A stretch of DNA of 63,517 nucleotides, filler included, from Collodictyon triciliatum (lineage: Eukaryota), in assembly GCA_043381765.1 (NCBI GenBank). It is 6 parts of 6 records of this genome, joined end to end, with 100 filler letters (N's around TTAATTAATTAA, not from the genome) between each part and the next. Parts side by side here need not be neighbours in the genome. Positions count along the whole stretch, not along the records: positions 1 to 15,152 come from JBHJMP010001711.1; positions 15,253 to 30,375 come from JBHJMP010001714.1; 4 more parts are not named here. One strand, written 5' to 3'. Every line of letters begins with the position of its first letter. The first letter of the stretch is position 1. Shown here in pieces: positions 12,901 to 25,512 of this stretch. The translations under genes were made by a program, and so were the position numbers. Below the pieces are notes generated by a model. That model made no database searches. It saw only the letters and a list, made by a program, of their open reading frames with translations, and was not told the DNA's origin.

Positions 12901-14219
12901 TTCATTAGAGCTTGAAAGTTGCGGTCAAAGTCATTCACACTCAGACAGGCAGAGACCAGGCTAGCATGGAATTCATGGCTGAAATTTCAATTCTCAGGTA
13001 ATATTACACCATTCTCGCCCAACAAACTTTTCATTTTTGCAGAAATAACTTTGTTGGGATATGAATCCAAAACCGCAGAGTTATCTCACATATCCATCGT
13101 TGTTATTTAAAATTTGATAAAAGGTTGCGTTTGTTGGACAAGGGATTAATTACGAATGTCTGTGCAGGAAGTTGAATCATCCCAACATCATTCGATTCAT
13201 TGGGGCATGTACAGACCCAGGTCAACTAGCTATGGTAACTGAGTTAGTGGAACCTGGTAATCTGCGGGAATACTTGAAAAATGCAACCAATCAGCTGGAC
13301 ATTAGGAACAAGTGAGCTACGATGCGATGAAATCAAAAGAAAACAAAAGAAACAAAAGAAAACAAAAGAAAACAAAAGAAAACAAAAGAAAACAAAAGAA
13401 AAAAAGAATCAAAAAATCAAAAAAACAACAGAAAACAAAAGAAAACAAAACAAAATAAAACAAAATAAAATAAATAAAATAAAAACATAAGAATAAAAAA
13501 TCACAAAAGAATAAAAAAAATCGCATTTTGAATGACGTGCATAATGGAGCATAGGAAGAAGATTATTGAAGAATTAGTCCACGGTATGGAATATCTGCAC
13601 ACACGCAACCCGGTAATCCTGCATAGAGACTTGAAGCCGGCCAACATTCTTGTAAGTCACTTTTTTTTTTCATCTCTTGAATTTGTTTAAAATTTGAAAT
13701 TAATACATTAATTCCAATTTTTTTTTTATGGCTACGTTAGATTACAGTCGATTACAATGTAAAAATTTGCGACTTTGGCTTCGCTCGTATTCGTGCCAAC
13801 ACAAAAACCATGACAAAATGTGGAACGGTGATGTATCAAGCCCCAGAGGTATAGCAGTTCAACCGGTTTTCGTTGATTCTCTTTATATATATTCCCTGTC
13901 TCTTTTCTGAAGATGCTGTTTTTGAAATTTTGGTGGTGAATTTCGATGGATGTAGGTATTGCGCGGAGAAAGATATAACGAGAAGGCAGACGTCTACAGC
14001 TTCTCTATTATTTTGTGGGAAATCGAAAACCGAAAGAATCCGTATCCAGACCATGATGGATTTACGATACAAGCAGAAATCACGAAAGGTTTACGGCCCG
14101 TCATTCCTCGAAACATGAATCCAGCCATCGAGAGGTTGATGAAGCTCTGCTGGGATAATGACCCGAGCGCACGGCCCTCGTTCAGCGAAATCAAAAGCAC
14201 GCTTTTGGACAGCATTTGA
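946..14219 (+). CDS. Multi-exon (~55 exons) single-pass receptor kinase: signal peptide - ~11-12 Kelch - CUB - Cys-rich - ~12 Kelch - CUB - Cys-rich - TM - TKL kinase - degenerate class III cyclase - TKL kinase
   Basis: Signal peptide MTIVWSFFLFLAGLCAFSCA. Repeated Kelch motifs (hhhFGG...NDhW.hD). CUB-like segments GTITDGSGEFLYFPGTNCTWII (~4583) and FDDGSGEGMYLENSNCTWIL (~8849). TM MWIIIGTSLGGILVAVIAAVLWYRRK (~9586). Kinase 1: GRGSFG/VAIK/HRDLKSPN/DFG/WLAPE. Kinase 2: GHGSYG/VAVK/HRDLKPAN/DFG/TMTKCGTVMYQAPE. Exons join in frame at GT-AG sites; stop TGA at 14217-14219. Confidence 0.9.
1131..1350. repeat. (TTTTTG)n microsatellite in intron 1 of the receptor kinase
   Basis: Seen directly. Confidence 0.95.
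4876..4963. repeat. (TTGTCAT)n 7-mer tandem repeat, intronic
   Basis: Seen directly. Confidence 0.95.
6490..6551 (+). mobile_element. Ultra-short poly(A)-tailed insertion with 19-bp target-site duplication (intronic)
   Basis: AACTCGAATGGCTGTTTCT at 6490-6508 and 6533-6551 flanks TTGAATCGAATAAAGGAAAAAAAA. Confidence 0.7.
13335..13490. repeat. (AAAAGAAAAC)n decaying to A-rich sequence, intronic
   Basis: Seen directly. Confidence 0.9.
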
Positions 14220-15050
14220 AAAGCATCATGATATACTTTTTGAATTAAAAAAACCACTCAAAAACTGTTCTATCGAAATGGCCGTTTTGTGCGATGGGTG
14301 TTCGAACACCGTCAGTTTGAGTTGCATACTTTCTGAACACAACCAGTGAATAAAAGAAAAAACAAGTCCCCTCTTTCTTGGTGTGCGAGATTTAAATACA
14401 GTGGGCTAGAGAATAATTAATGTATTTTGAACCAGCGTCCGATATGGGAAGAAGCCTATGTGAATTTGTTTCAACTTTGTCTCTTTCTGTATGTAAAAAA
14501 AAAAAAAAAAACTAAAAGAAACAAACAAAAGCAGTTAAGAGATAGAGTAGAATAAATCTTTTCTGGTTGCCACCCTTGCGATGGTAAGAATGAAACATTG
14601 TTTTGCTAGGTTGTGAATCGCATCCAAGTAGTTGCTGAGGGCCCCAAAAAGAAAATATTGTTCTTGTCCATTCGAACCATTTTTGATTCTTTTTGAATTC
14701 TGTTGCTTCCTTTTGCCCATTCACTCAATTATACTGCATAACGTGTTAAAGGCATATATGCGCGTTACGATGAGTAAAATATATGCATCGGCAAGCTGGC
14801 ACGATTTTCATCACATTTTGTTGGAATAAAATAAGAACCATCCATGAATAATCCTGAAGCTGAAATGGCTGACTCAAGATTGAAGTTGACTTTGATAGAG
14901 ATAATCAGGAGTGCATTAAGACAATCATGCGAAAGAATGCACATCAAAACAGCTTTTAATCGAGTAGTATTGCCCGTGTTCGCCAGTCAACAATTTCGCA
15001 GTAACCCTCCTTTTTCGATATCATTTCGGATACCATAATTCCGCGGGAAG

Positions 15051-15152
15051 AAACAAAAAAACCAAAAAACCAAAAAACCAAAAAACCAAAAAACCAAAAA
15101 ACCAAAAAACCAAAAAACCAAAAAACCAAAAAACCAAAAAACCAAAAAACCA
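15051..15152. repeat. (AAAAAACC)n at block end
   Basis: Seen directly. Confidence 0.93.
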
Positions 15153-15252
15153 NNNNNNNNNNNNNNNNNNNNNNNNNNNNNNNNNNNNNNNNNNNNTTAA
15201 TTAATTAANNNNNNNNNNNNNNNNNNNNNNNNNNNNNNNNNNNNNNNNNNNN
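15153..15252. other. Artificial assembly spacer N44-TTAATTAATTAA-N44
   Basis: Exactly 100 bp, with a linker carrying stops in all six frames. Confidence 0.97.
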
Positions 15253-15388
15253 AAACCAATAAAAACCAATAAAAACCAATAAAAACCAATAAAAACCAAT
15301 AAAAACCAATAAAAACCAATAAAAACCAATAAAAACCAATAAAAACCAATGAAAACCAATAAAAACAATAAAACCAACAAAAACAATA
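15253..15388. repeat. (AAAAACCAAT)n at block start
   Basis: Seen directly. Confidence 0.93.
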
Positions 15389-15426
15389 AGAATCGAAGCA
15401 TCAGAGGCTCGTGGTAACCACACCGC

Positions 15427-18400
15427 ATGGAATCGTATGCTTTTAATTTCGTCCCTATTTCAGTCCTCTTTCATGAATACATCCATAACATCGCGTTACA
15501 CAGCACTTACCCCATGAACTAACCCCGGAGTACTTTTCCACTCCTCCTTTCCCGTTCATTCTATCAACCACACCCACCCCACGCATAAAAAACTCAACGC
15601 CAAAGATCAGAAAAGAGAAATGTGGATACATCATATATACTACCAAGCGAAAATAAAAATAAAAAACAAGTACAAAAATAAAGTCAAAAAAAATTGACTA
15701 TAGGGCTCCAGAAGTCGATTCTGAATCCGAGGCGATTGTTTGGGCGAGTTTTGTTCCCCGTTCTGTTGTCCAACACATCGTGGATGGGAAAGAGAAAGCA
15801 CAACCCAGTGCAGAGCGCGTTCATGCAGGTTATTTTTCCATCTTAATATATGCAAGCAAACGTGTGCATTTCTTTAGCGTTATGATGAAAATGGATGAAT
15901 AATATGAATATTTCCTAGCCATTCTATTCATAGACATTAGTGGATTTACAAAACTCAGTGAACTGTTGGGCGAAAATGGTGCACAAGGAATAGAGATGTT
16001 GACCAGGTTTGGCCTACTATTTCATCTTCTCTTATGATGGTGAATTGTATTTAAGGGAATTTCCCACACTCTTGTCCTTTGAAAAAAAATTTCTTTGGCC
16101 AGGCACCTTAACTCTTACTTCGGGTCACTTATCGAAGTCATCGATTTTCATGGAGGAGATGGTTTGAAATAGTGATTTTGCAATCTCTTCTTTTCATTAT
16201 TTCCGTTATTTTTTCTAGGTGGAGCATTTATATTTCAATAACTTTATAAATTTAAAATGCAATAGTCATCAAGATTGCAGGAGATGCTTTGCTTTCTGTT
16301 TGGTTTACAGAATCCAGACAGTATGCGGCTGATTTGCCAGGAAATGTCAATACAGTGAGTGAAAACTCAAGGTCACGCTTTGTTCATCGCTCCATGATGG
16401 AGGCTACTTTCTTAGCTGCAAAATGTTCCATGAAATGCCTTGAAATCAACAAGTCATACAAAATCGAAGGGCTTTGTGGAAAAATCCAGCAACACGGACA
16501 TTTAAGGCTGCACTGCGCGTTGGCGGCAGAAGAATGCTTTGTTGTTCGATGTGGGGGTAAAATTATAAATTCACCTTACTTATGATTTTGCTTTTGCCTC
16601 TGCGTTGTATACATAAAAAAATATTTCTGTTATCTACTTGAGTAGGTGTTCGGAACAAATTCGAATATCTTGTGTGTGGCGACTTAATATACGAGAGGTT
16701 GCGGGTGGCTCTGGGCAAATCAGTGGCAGGTGAAGTGATGTTGGACAAAAGCGCATGGCAATATCTTTCTGCAATCGCCGATGGTGATGACCAGATGTTT
16801 GAAACAAAGGTAAATTTTTTGCGTATAAATTTATTTTTTTATAGATGTAATTTTGAAATCAGGAAAATTGTTCGTTTGAAAATGAAAATAATATTCCGAA
16901 AATACGATTTTCTTTTTACGTGAAGTTTAAACGAGAAGGCGTCAGGGTTCATGTATGAGATGAAGATAGATTCTTATCCTCTCGTAAAATGTATAAACAA
17001 CAAAATTAGGTTCTTGATGACGGGGACTTAGTAAAGCTTGTGGCCATTCGCGGAACCTGGAATGGAATTGGTGGTATGAATAAATGTATATTTGTGAAAC
17101 CCATAACCCAAGATTACTTCCCATCTTTTGCAATTTATAGAAAACCAATTTTTTTTGAAAATTTAAAATAGCGATGCAAAGAGTTTCCAGCGCCAAAAAT
17201 CTATCGGATGCAAAGACAAACCAATTTTCAGTGACCAATTATTTTAAATCACTCTGAATATATAGTACGTTACTTTAATTAAGCCGAGCAACATACTTAA
17301 TCTTTCTGTTATAGATATGGCTTGGGCAGTTGAATGTCACTCGAAGTCATATCGAAAAGATAAAAATGTACATCCAGTTACCAGTAGAACGGCGCTTGAA
17401 CGCTGGTCACAATGTAGATAATTCAGAGTTAAGAAGATGTTCTGTAATTTTTGTGAGTCTCCTCATTTTTTTTCTTCACTCAATTCAGTAGTAAGCTCTT
17501 TCATCTAGTGAAACATATGCCTTTTTTTTTCGTAAAATTTTTTATCACACCACTACCCATCACACATATGTTGGGGGTTGTTTGAAATTATGATAGAAAG
17601 AATGTCTCTTAAAAATATTCTAATCGGAACGCAAAGATTTCGCTGCTTGGATTAGAGTTTGGCTCATCCGATTCATTGGTGAATATTCAGTCATCTTTGG
17701 AAATTATACAACACAATGTTTACAAGATGGATGGATTCATTCGCCAGTTCATAATGGTAGGATTCAGCTTCTTAAAATCAAAATCGATTTTTTTTAAAAC
17801 ATATCTATGTTTGAAATGCATTACATTTATCATATAAATAGAAATCCTGATATATTTAATGCTTCCTTCGTCTTGGCTCATTTCAATTCAATCTGGCTTA
17901 AATAGGATGATAAAGGTTGCGTTGCCATAGCAGCCTTTGGAATATCGGGAATGTCACATGAAGGTTTTTAATCACGGTTCTTGTACACACAATTTACTGC
18001 GTGATAAAAAATGCATAAAAAAGAAAAATAAAGAAGCTAATGCCAATCATACCACTTCAATCAATGATACGTAGATGACCAATTCAGAGCAGTTGAAACT
18101 GCTCTACGTATACAAACAGAACTATCAAAGTCAAGTGTGTATTCATCTGATGCTTGTTGATTTTTTCCGAGACAAGTAAAGTGAGAAACCCCCTGATTTT
18201 AGAACTTCATTGGAACTAACGATTTTTTTTTTAATGTTTATTGACAGAAATGAATTGTTCTATGGGTGTGACAACTGGTCGGGTATTTTGTGGAGATGTT
18301 GGTGGGCACAGTCGAAGGCAAGGAATTATAAAATTTTGCTCACTCAAATAATTTTTGCAGTGCACGCATCAATACAAGAATGATTTCTTTTCTTTTCTTT

Positions 18401-21400
18401 TTCAAATTACGACCAATTTTTGAGTCCGCATTCAATTTATCATCTGATAAGCATGAATCATTTTCGTCAACCATTTTGATTTGTTTCTTGTCTTTCCATT
18501 CACCTTTAATCAAACCAGAGAGTACGCGATGGTTGGAGGTGACAATTTATTGAAAATTTTACCGATTAAATCAACATTTATGTAGTTCAATTACTTTAGT
18601 CGAGCAAAATATGAATATTTCTGTAATGACACAGATACAGTCAACTTTGCTGCACATCTGATGTGTAAGAAAATGGGTATTTTATGTGACGAAAGCACAT
18701 TCAATGCGACAAACGGAGCCATTTTCTATGAGGAAGTTGCCCCAATCTTAGTCAAAGGTTAGGTGATTTTAATTTCCCTATTTCCCTATTTCCACAGCTT
18801 TTTTAAATATAAATCTCTCATGTTATGTATGCATCTTTCCATTGCAGGCAAAACTAAGCCTGTGACAGTATACAAACCTGTATCGGTAGAGAAAGGCAAC
18901 ATTCGATCACCTTCTATTTCTGATCCTGGGGCATCGTCTCATTCTATGGAAAGGTCCCAATCTCTTCCAAACACACAAAGCAGTTCACGAACACTATCAG
19001 TTGCAGGAGCATCTGTTGGCGCTCGTCGTGCATCTGGACTTCAGCGCCACAGATCGGGAATGATATATGGCAGGGATGATGAAATACACAAATTTTCATC
19101 ACTATTAAAAGACCTTAGTTGCACCCTCACAAAGGCCAAAGACAAGTGCTCAAAGGAAAGCTGCTCATCAAAACTCTTTGTTGTAATGGGTGATGCTGGA
19201 CTAGGTAAAAGTGCCTTGGCAGCTCACTTTATCACAATCTCAAATTTATATCGCATTCCTGTCAACTATTCCAATGCGTATTCTGTGGAAACTGGGGTTG
19301 CATTCTTTGTTTGGAGAAGGATATTCGAACAAATTTTGAATCTTGATGGGATGTCCAATCCTGTTCACAGAGCAAAAGTATTCTTTACACTCGTTAATCA
19401 TTCATGAACATATTTCTTATCTTCTGAATTTTGCGGATTATCTATTTAATGCATTTACTGGACTAGGTTGTTGAAGATTCCCTGAACGCAGTNNNNNNNN
19501 NNNNNNNNNNNNNNNNNNNNNNNNNNNNNNNNNNNNNNNNNNNNNNNNNNNNNNNNNNNNNNNNNNNNNNNNNNNNNNNNNNNNNNNNNNNNNNNNNNNN
19601 NNNNNNNNNNNNNNNNNNNNNNNNNNNNNNNNNNNNNNNNNNNNNNNNNNNNNNNNNNNNNNNNNNNNNNNNNNNNNNNNNNNNNNNNNNNNNNNNNNNN
19701 NNNNNNNNNNNNNNNNNNNNNNNNNNNNNNNNNNNNNNNNNNNNNNNNNNNNNNNNNNNNNNNNNNNNNNNNNNNNNNNNNNNNNNNNNNNNNNNNNNNN
19801 NNNNNNNNNNNNNNNNNNNNNNNNNNNNNNNNNNNNNNNNNNNNNNNNNNNNNNNNNNNNNNNNNNNNNNNNNNNNNNNNNNNNNNNNNNNNNNNNNNNN
19901 NNTTTCTTCCTTTCTTTCTTTCTTCCTTTCTTAGTTACTTACTTTTGCCATGCATTTCATGACATTAAATTTGAAATTCGTAGTTTTAGCATTAAAATCT
20001 TTCATTACATTCACTGGATAAAGGATGGACTCGATGTCTTGGCAATTGCTTGTGGACGTTGTGATGAATACGCCGCATGTGCTCATCGTTTTAACCTGTC
20101 GACAAGCTCCAACTGCCGATATTGCACCAGAATATTTCCAATTGGCCAAAATGGAAAACATATATACAGAGATACATCTACAGCCTTTGAATCACGAGGC
20201 ATGTGTTCGCCTTGCATGCGATGTTTTATACGTGGAAGACATAGCATCCATAGTGAGTAATGCCATTGTGGAAAAGACGCAAGGAAATCCATTTTTTGTG
20301 GAGGGTGTGTTTTACTTCTCTTTCAGCAGTCTCAAAACCATTTTCCTTTATTACAGTGCCCATTGTTTTATCCTACACATCTTTGACATCTGAAGATAGA
20401 CATGCCCCTCGAGTAGTTCATGATAGGAACACGATAATTGGATTTTGGAAAGGAAAAGAGATGCTTGGTTACAAATTTTTAGGGCTGATTTTTTTATATG
20501 AATAGAGATTTGTCATTCACTTCGGCAGCAACAATTAGTTGAGTTTGCCAACGGAAATTGTTTCCTTGCAAAAGGCATAGACTTGCAGACAGTAGCCTTC
20601 CCGACAACTGTAGAAGCAATGGTGTCCCAAATAATATCTCTGAATGATATGCAATTGATTTCAATCCAATTTGTTTTATTCATTAATTTTGATAATTTAC
20701 ATCGCCCAGCAGAGATGATCGATACAAGTTCCTATTACCGATTCCATCCTTATAGGTGACACAAAGGATAGACCAATTGGATCCTCAATCAGCATCGATT
20801 CTGAAAATAGGGAGGTGCTCGAATTTCTTGTGTGCCTTTTTCTATCTTGCTCTATTTGGTGAAAATCCAGTTGTCGAATCGGTGCATTTTTCAAGTAGTT
20901 GGTGTTTTCAAGAACACAACCACTGTCATCTCAAAGGACTTAACAATATTACTTACCAAAATTTTAATAGCGTTTTTGGTCGCACGTTTCGTGTGGAGGA
21001 TCTTGAAGAAGTACATGGACCTCAGCTCCAGGGTAGAAGCATTCGGCAAAGTATCGAATCATGCGAAAGGTACCAACTTGTGCAAAGGAAAGACGCGGGG
21101 ACGGATGAATTCACCTTTAGGATGGCAATTACCCAAGAAGTTGCATGTAATTTTTATCTGTCGTTCAAACTCGACTATTTGGATAAGCTTTTCTATTCGC
21201 ACAAATGAAATAAATTTTCAGCATAATTTTGAAAAAAAAATTTTTGTTGAATATTGATGAGAAATGGCTAGAGTTATACAAGGCAATACCTCTATACAGA
21301 ATATGAAGGGAAAAAAAAATTCTTTTGTGGCTAAATGACAGTGAGATTTCCTTTGCGCCAAAGCAATTTAATTTCCTTTTATTAGATAACCTTCTTCTGT

Positions 21401-24400
21401 TCGCTCAACGCAAAGAATTACACAATAACATCGCTCGACTCTTGGAGTCAAAATTCGATGGAGACCCTTCAAATCAGTATTCGGTTTTGGCATATCATTA
21501 TGTTCATGCTGAGAACTACGAAAAAGCTCTGAGTATGAAAAACTGTGAATCAACACACCCATGAAAATAATTGATGAGCTCATCTGCATTACGCATCGAA
21601 GATTCATATTGTTTCATTCATATAACTAATTCTTTAATTATTTCATTCAAACTTTTGTTTTTTCACATGCAGACTATCTTAGCCTTGCAGCAGACCATGC
21701 CATGATGTCAAATTGTACTCATGAAGTTACCAAGGTAGCCATTTTAGTGCATTCTAGATTTCTTGATAATTTTTTTTGGTAAGAAAGTGTTATTTTGTTC
21801 TTACTCGTGCAATTTAATAAGCTGTTTTCCGTTAAATATACATTTCTTTAGCAAAAAAACTCCATTAATTTATTGGGATTGCACTCTTTTAGCACATTCA
21901 AGAAATTCTCCAGCTCGCTGATTCGGGCAAAGTTGATATCCCTTTACACCGCCGCGCTATTTATGAACAAATGATGGCCTACGCATATTTTGGAGCGAGC
22001 AATAGCACAGAGTCTTCGCGGTATGAGAAATCATTTTAACGCTGGTCTCTTTGGTCAGTCCTGGGCATACTGAAATACCTCTAACATCAAACACTCATGC
22101 TTTTATGTAGCTATTTCACTGCGTTTTTGGAGCATGCTGACCATCGGGTGCCCCATACAAAGGGAGCATTAATCATGGGCTTGATTAAGTCGCTCCTTGT
22201 TCAAGTTCGCAATCGCTCAATGCCGGGAAAGTTTGTTGTTTCGGGGTATCAAACTCGGCACGTAGAGGTCGAGCAAAAAGATAGAGCAGTCTCTTATGCC
22301 GTGAAACCAGTCTCCCATAAGGCTCCGTCAACGCCGAAGAGGTTTGCTGATGACCCGGCAGGCTCAAAGATCCACATGAGCGAATCAAAACTTATCCATC
22401 GAGGAAAAGTACATCCTCCGGGATGGCTCTGGCTTTGGTCCAGTGCAACAAAGCAGGAGACAGATTTATTATACTTGGCGGCGATGACATATGAGACAAT
22501 GATAATACTGTGCTACTTCGAAGGAGACAAGTTGGGGATGCTTTATAATAACCTCCGCTGCATCGAGATTTCGGAGCGCTTGCCCATGACTCCATTTCGA
22601 ATGAGGTCGTATGCTAATGCTGCCTTGGTTTGTGCGACAATCAAGTTGAAGTCGGCTGCAAAGTATATATTTCTTTCCTACGTCCTTTCTATAAGATACT
22701 TTTTTTTCCTGGCAAAACTTTTTTTTCAAAAGAATAATAATTTCCGTTGATAATTTTGTTCTATTTCTTGATAATTATTTCATTATTATTTAGAAAAAAA
22801 AGAGAAGTCTTGTTTTCCATGATGTCAAAATAAGTGGGGTCAATAATCCTCACGAATCATATGTGTGTTGTAGGATGTATATGCGTTTGGCTCTGGAGTT
22901 GGTGAATCAACCAAGGATGAGCGTAGAGTGGGTGCTATATAATTTATTTAAAGAAGAAATAAATACCAACACTTGCACATAGTAAATAATATTTGTTTCA
23001 AATACCGTCATATTTAGGCTTCAAAGTGGTGTCCCTGCCGTTTATCGCTCCGTTTGTATGACCCAGGGGATTCTTGGAAACTTTGAAGAGGGTTACAAAT
23101 TGTCTTTAATTGGGTTGGATAAGACTTCTTCGACAACAGACTACAGAGGATTGGTCCTTATTATCAAAAAAATTTAAACGTAACATGAATTGAGTGTATT
23201 GGTGTTATAGGCTTGGATAATATCGTGAATTATGACATGTTTCTTTTGGTATTAGGAAGAAATTCTTGTAAATGCCAGTCATTTTTGCTCTGTCCTGGGC
23301 AAGGTACAAGAAAATCTTTCATTCGCTCAAAGGCTGTTCCGTTCGGGCGCATCCCGTGGGAATCTACAGGCGAAAGCTTGGGGTGTTTGTCAGCTAACAA
23401 TCCTATATTTCAAATATGGGATAGGAAAATATGAGGATGTGCTGAAAGTGTGAGCATCCTGATCTTTTTCTATTCATCATCATTACTTTTTTTTTTTATT
23501 TTACATTCTGCTTGCGGAATGAGATGTTTGAGATAAAGTTTCTTCCCCTTGCATTTGTTGTAAGGAGTTGAGAATTTCGATGATAAAAATATTTGATTGA
23601 TGACACAAGGCCCCGAGATAAATATGTAACAGGAACTGTTTGTTTAGATTGGAAGATTCGTTGTACTCCTACCGCTCCCTTGGCAATATTGCATCGAAAC
23701 TAGACATCATAGTTTCATCTATCATGCAAGCCTGCATGCGTTGTGATATGGATTTGTTCAGTCGGGTTTGTTGGTTGTATTTTTGCATTAATCATAATTT
23801 TGTATTATGGAAGATACACAAAGACAAAGGCAAAAACAAAAACCAAATTGGGACTTGCGAAGGGGTAATTTATTGTTTTCTTAAATAGTGTCTTTATTTT
23901 AGTACGTTCCTATGCTCTGCTCTTTCCCTCCTACATCGATGTTTGTCATTTCGTATGACATTGGCGCGCTCCACATTCTGCTGCGCTTGCTGTTGTTCAA
24001 CAAAAGGCTTCCTAAATCAACCTCTGTGGTACACAGTAAATCGTTTCTAAGCTTGGAAGCACAGGGTCTTGGTGGCAGCCGAAGTGTTGCTGGTGGAAGT
24101 GAAGCGGAGTTATCTAGTTTTGAGCAGGCTGCATCCGGGTCAGTTCATTCTGTTCCAATAGGAAATCCGGTTGAATGTGGCAGTGCCGACGAGGCAACAA
24201 TCCGAAAGTTCATCAAGATGGTTTTCCAACATCTGAAGAAAAACAGCAAAGTCTATCCATCCGGTCGCCCGGCTTTATATAGATACTCTGCATATATCTC
24301 ACACGAGGCTGGACACGAAAAAGGATGCCGCAAGTATTTCGCCAAGTGAGTAGAGAGGAGAAGCCCAAGAAATATACCCTTGTGTCTGAAAACATCAAAG

Positions 24401-24950
24401 AATCGTCTTTTTTTTTTATTCTTCCTTTCAACTTTTGTGCAAAAGAATCGTCTTCTTGTTTCTTGTGGTTTAATTGAATGCCATACTCAGTCACTGACTC
24501 CATGTTTTGGTCTTTTGTAAAACTCTCGAGACATAGTTATGAACCACTTTTTGTACATGTCAAAATGACACATCACCAAGTTACTTTTTCTTTCGTTTTC
24601 ATTTTATACAGAGCATACTCCACCGCAAAAAAATACGGCATGAAATACGAAATGCTGGCCGCAAGTTTCGAGCTTGGACGCTTTTGTCACGGCTTTTGTT
24701 TCGACAAAGAAAGGTTTCACTTTTTCTCCTCTTCTTTAGTTTGATTCAAATCCATCTTCGTTGCACATGTTTCTTCATAGCTCGAAACCCCGTACTTTAC
24801 ATTGACAGGGCATCTTGTGCATCTTTGTCACGCTATTCGATTACTGACAACACTTTAATATCAAGGATTCAGAAGCCAGATGAAATAGCAGAGGATATGG
24901 GTTGCATCGATTTGCTGGAGCATTTTGTTAGATACCCCATACTGTTCTGA
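15427..24950 (+). CDS. Soluble adenylyl cyclase (ADCY10/SgcA)-family protein: two class III cyclase domains, STAND-type P-loop NTPase, TPR/helical C-terminus (multi-exon, internal N gap)
   Basis: Spliced motifs WASFVPRSVV, ILFIDISGFT, GGDVIKIAGDA, SELRRCSVIF, RQFIMDDKG, GVTTGRVFCGDVG, REYAMVGDTVNFAAHLM, Walker A GDAGLGKS, MDSMSW, KTQGNPFFVEE, RIDQL, QRKELH, LAYHY. The start (8-nt exon ATGGAATC) and the last exon are inferred from splice phase. Confidence 0.88.
19493..19901. other. Sized scaffold gap inside the cyclase gene
   Basis: About 409 N with no linker; NTPase-domain exons are collinear on both sides. Confidence 0.95.
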
Positions 24951-25512
24951 AGAGAAGTCGATGTGCTCGACCAAAAGCTTTCTTATTTTTTTTTATTGGG
25001 GATTGTCCATGACGATTTTGAAAAAGGGGATGTGGAATAAAGTTGCATTGTTCAATTAATTATTTATACAAGATGGAAAATTGTAATTGCTCACGTCGGC
25101 TCATGGATTCCCATGGCTCTTTGCGTGATGAATTTTTTTTAAAACAGAACACCTCATCGAAGCCATATTTCTAGCATACATCGTATACAAACAAGAAAAA
25201 AAATTGGTGATAATCAGCAATATCTCTTTTTTCTCTGGCTAATCTCAGTAAAGCCAAATATGAGAAAGAAAAGGGGGAAAAATCAAACATGACTAGCTTC
25301 GTTTTTATTCCAATTATCCATCGAGCAAGTTGTTTCAATCGGCGAATTGGTAGCTTTCGTTTCTTCATTACTCAGAATCAATACCAACGAGGGTCTTTAG
25401 CAAATCGAACTTTATTTGTAAAATAAATTATGAAAGAATCAATAATAATATGCACTAAGGTAAAAAAACGAACTGGTCATGAATTATCTCTTGATGCTGC
25501 TGATACTGCTAA

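Noticed and set aside
15197-15208. TTAATTAATTAA as a biological palindrome or recombination site
   Set aside because: Always centred in exactly 44+44 N; it is an assembly linker.
15051-15388. C/A-rich repeats as telomeres of ~15-kb mini-chromosomes
   Set aside because: Repeat units differ at every block end and genes are cut mid-sequence; contigs simply break at microsatellites.
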